Made by a program: the position numbers and the translations under genes. Below, in pieces: positions 53,664 to 56,059 of a stretch of 56,059 nucleotides of DNA. Positions within the stretch are counted from its first letter, which is position 1. Each line of letters starts with the position of its first letter. The stretch covers positions 1-56,059 of the IMG/VR virus record IMGVR_UViG_3300033004_000002; one strand, given 5' to 3'. Below the pieces are notes generated by a model, which was given only the letters and a program-made list of their open reading frames with translations, made no database searches and was not told the origin of the DNA. The stretch is from a virus. Taxonomy: Duplodnaviria; Caudoviricetes.

Positions 53664-53918
53664 TCAGAAAATACCTGGGAGAGGTTGATCAGGCGCAGGG
53701 CCGTCAACGTCGGCATCGCACCACATCGACGGATAGACGTGGCGGGTTGAACCGCGCATCTTCCACACCGACTCGGTCGCACTCCACTGCGCGACGACGC
53801 ATTCATGCGCCACGTCGAAGGGCCGGCCGCGCTCGTCGGTCTTGTAGGACGACGACGGCAGGAACACCCAGAGCGGGCGGTCGCGGGGTGCGTCGTGCGA
53901 GGGTGCCCAGACAGTCAT
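53664..53918 (-). CDS. Small DUF551-like protein (MTVWAPSHDAPRDRP...)
   Basis: W.P...AP.D...P..W pattern; ATGA coupling. Confidence 0.65.
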   Translation of the reverse strand: MTVWAPSHDAPRDRPLWVFLPSSSYKTDERGRPFDVAHECVVAQWSATESVWKMRGSTRHVYPSMWCDADVDGPAPDQPLPGIF

Positions 53919-54184
53919 GCGACCGGCGTCATCTTGTCGAGATCGGCGGTTTTCCCGCCGAGCTTCGCCATAGCCTTGTCGGAGATCATGCCTCGCTTGG
54001 CGAGATGCGCAGCGCGCTGCGCCTCGTCCTGCTTTTCCTTGGCCATGACGGCAGCATGCTTGCGCACGTGCTTCATCAGCTCCGGATTCTTGAGGTGCTC
54101 GCCGGCGCGCAGGATGGTGTGCGTGGCGTCGCGGACTTCCCATTCGTCGTACTTCTTCTGTTTCGCCGAGGTCGACTTTGCCAT
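53915..54184 (-). CDS. Small basic protein with the KRGMISDKA tag
   Basis: WE...A..T..RA.E...P.LM..V; shared C-terminal motif. Confidence 0.78.
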   Translation of the reverse strand: MAKSTSAKQKKYDEWEVRDATHTILRAGEHLKNPELMKHVRKHAAVMAKEKQDEAQRAAHLAKRGMISDKAMAKLGGKTADLDKMTPVA

Positions 54185-54206
54185 TCCGATGCCCTCTGCC
54201 ATGGGA

Positions 54207-55544
54207 TCACCCCTTCGCCATCATCTTGTCGAACTGCCGGTCGGAGATCTTCCCCGCCTTGTGCAGCCGCTCGGCTTCCTTCTGCTCTTTGGAGAGCTTC
54301 TTTTCCGGACCGAGCACCTGCTCGAGCTGCTCGCGGGCGATGTCCAGCGCATCGACGGGCTTGTCCAAGAGATGCCCCTCGACCAGTTCGCAGATGCGCT
54401 TGCACTCCGCGATCGCTTCATCAGGCGTGCTGCCCAGCGCAACCACGGCGCCAATTTCGGCGCAGCCGGTCCATTGCGGGATGACATAGTACTCGCCCTC
54501 AATGATGCAGTAGTTGCGGAGCTTGACGTTGTCGCGGACCTCGTCCGGAAACGAGACGTGCATCCAGTTCTGGTCCGCCCAGTCCGAGATCAGGAGCACC
54601 TCGGCGCCCCACTTCGCCTGGAACTCCGGCTCGATCACGATGCCTTCGGAGCCGTACCAGATGGCTTCCGCCATGTTGGTCATCAGGAGCTGATAGAGCT
54701 CGTTCGGCGGCGAGCCGGCGCGGCAGCAGGGATCGATCAGGTAGGCCTTGCCGTCCTTGGTGCAGCGGACTTCGGTGGAGATGAAGCCGCGATAGCCATA
54801 CTTCTTCAGCGCGGGCGCGAGCTTTTCGTTGACACTGCGGACCTGCTCCGGAAGTTCGGACCAGCGCACCGTCTTCATCAGGTAGGCTTCGTCCTTGACC
54901 TCGACCCCGGTCATGGCCGCCTTGGGAAACTGGCCGTCGATGGTGTAGCCGTCGTAGCCGGTCTCGACCGCGTCCGGGATATCCTGCTCGACCGTGAACT
55001 CCATGATCTTGGTGTAGGCGCCGAGGTTGTGGTCGAGCTCGTCGAGCCGCACCTCGACCTTGGGATAATCCTTGGCGCCGAAGGTCTCCATGTCGCCGCG
55101 GGTGCCGGAGATCTTCACCCACTGGTTATCATTGGCCTTGAGGTACTTGCGCAGCGCATCAAGCCCGGTGACGACCTTGTAATGGCCGATGTCGATGCCG
55201 AGCTTTCTCGACACCTCCTTCGACGCCGGCCGGTCGATCTCCAACTCTGCGCCGGAGCGGCAGCCCCACACGCGCTTGCCTTGCGCGACCAGGAAGTCCT
55301 GCAGGTCGCCCTCATAGACGTCGGGGAAGATCCACACGTCTATGTCGTCATAGAACGACCACGGCGAATCGATCCGCTCGACGCCGTCGATACCACTGCC
55401 GATCAGGCGCGCATTCGACTTCGGCATGCCGCTCGTCCACGGCACGTAGTAGAGCACGCGACCGAAGTGCTTCGCCAGCGTTTCGGCCATGGCCGTGAAG
55501 ATGCCGTTGTCCCAGACGAGGCAGCACTTCGAGCGCAGGTTCAT
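54207..55544 (-). CDS. PurD-like ATP-grasp ligase
   Basis: G..VWG.....LE.DR...K, WVK, VE.G, G.E.K, GYRGF...E, Y.ID..CR.G.PP; start MNLRSK by ATGA coupling. Confidence 0.82.
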   Translation of the reverse strand: MNLRSKCCLVWDNGIFTAMAETLAKHFGRVLYYVPWTSGMPKSNARLIGSGIDGVERIDSPWSFYDDIDVWIFPDVYEGDLQDFLVAQGKRVWGCRSGAELEIDRPASKEVSRKLGIDIGHYKVVTGLDALRKYLKANDNQWVKISGTRGDMETFGAKDYPKVEVRLDELDHNLGAYTKIMEFTVEQDIPDAVETGYDGYTIDGQFPKAAMTGVEVKDEAYLMKTVRWSELPEQVRSVNEKLAPALKKYGYRGFISTEVRCTKDGKAYLIDPCCRAGSPPNELYQLLMTNMAEAIWYGSEGIVIEPEFQAKWGAEVLLISDWADQNWMHVSFPDEVRDNVKLRNYCIIEGEYYVIPQWTGCAEIGAVVALGSTPDEAIAECKRICELVEGHLLDKPVDALDIAREQLEQVLGPEKKLSKEQKEAERLHKAGKISDRQFDKMMAKG

Positions 55545-55924
55545 TTCAGATTCAACTCCGAGTAGAACTGCCGTCCCTCGCCGCGCTCCACCGCCATCTC
55601 GAACAGGCTCGCCGTGCGATCGACAATGAACTGATCGAACGGCCTGCACGAGCAGATGAACAGATACGCGCCGCGATGGTCTGGCCATGTGTCCAGCGCG
55701 AGAAAGGAATCCGTGATCGGCATCACGGCCGTGCGGCCGTTGCCGCCCTTGCCGTGCAGCGGATAGGTCCAGAGCGCGTGGTCGCCGACCGCTGTCATGC
55801 CGATCGCGTCCGTTAGGGCCTGCAGGAATTCCACGAGGCGCGGCGCGCCGATATCCTGCTCCATCCGCAGCGTGACGCCGAAGGCGTGCATGCGCTCGCC
55901 GAGGACGAGATCGGGGAAGCCCAT
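55541..55924 (-). CDS. S-adenosylmethionine-decarboxylase-like (pyruvoyl) protein
   Basis: IGMT...G.T...ITDS.L.L.TWPD..AY..I.SC.PFD versus SpeD G-x-T-x-x-x-x-L-x-E-S-H-x-S-x-H-T-W-P-E...D-x-F-T-C. Confidence 0.78.
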   Translation of the reverse strand: MGFPDLVLGERMHAFGVTLRMEQDIGAPRLVEFLQALTDAIGMTAVGDHALWTYPLHGKGGNGRTAVMPITDSFLALDTWPDHRGAYLFICSCRPFDQFIVDRTASLFEMAVERGEGRQFYSELNLK

Positions 55925-55932
55925 CAGTCTTC

Positions 55933-56059
55933 GACCTCATCCGACGAAAGCCGCGCCAGAAACCCTATCGCGTTCGTTGACCCGTCCCGCCGCAATCCAG
56001 GCGTCAACGGTTCATCGAATGGCCGCCGGGTGAACCCGAGCTTCCGCTCGCCGTCGCGC
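55933..56059. repeat. 127-bp terminal direct repeat (copy 2)
   Basis: Identical to 1-127. Confidence 0.97.

Noticed and set aside
51969-55565. Long plus-strand ORFs (593 and 586 aa) and similar ones at 6464, 15535, 20605 and 41271
   Set aside because: Antisense shadows of high-GC3 genes; no motifs or RBS.
54207-55940. 577-aa version of the ATP-grasp ORF, or a true purD auxiliary gene
   Set aside because: The extension overlaps the decarboxylase gene in another frame; the PurD N-terminal GxGGREH motif is absent.

Overview
The window is an apparently complete, circular, GC-rich temperate phage genome of about 55.9 kb. Positions 1-127 are identical to 55933-56059, and an ORF reads through that junction. 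The architecture is podovirus-like: P22-like tail, adaptor and ejection genes with an N4-gp56-type capsid. The host is probably alphaproteobacterial (inferred from gene content). A central immunity switch (HTH repressor, cro-like gene, TCAC-N5-GTGA operators at about 18.7-19.1 kb) drives two arms. The rightward early arm ends in a large serine recombinase. The leftward arm runs through tRNA-Asn, an MT-A70 methylase, DUF5131, ASCH, NADAR, DUF2303, a replication initiator, a NusG paralog, terS/terL, portal, scaffold, capsid, tail and ejection genes. Most notable: (1) many virion-module proteins carry Sec-type signal peptides, the terL-portal interval encodes an O-antigen-ligase/O-oligosaccharyltransferase-like membrane enzyme, and no endolysin is recognisable, suggesting periplasmic export and possible glycosylation of virion parts; (2) the same interval has an AdoMetDC-like pyruvoyl decarboxylase coupled to a PurD-like ATP-grasp ligase whose C-terminal tag recurs in two small basic proteins; (3) ten copies of a fixed-spacing bipartite site, eight of which bracket four single accessory genes like cassettes; (4) an overprinted twin-arginine ORF inside terL; (5) an acyl-carrier-protein mimic lacking the phosphopantetheine Ser; (6) several structured non-coding segments and a probable ATC start codon. 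All product calls come from motif recognition by eye; no searches were run.
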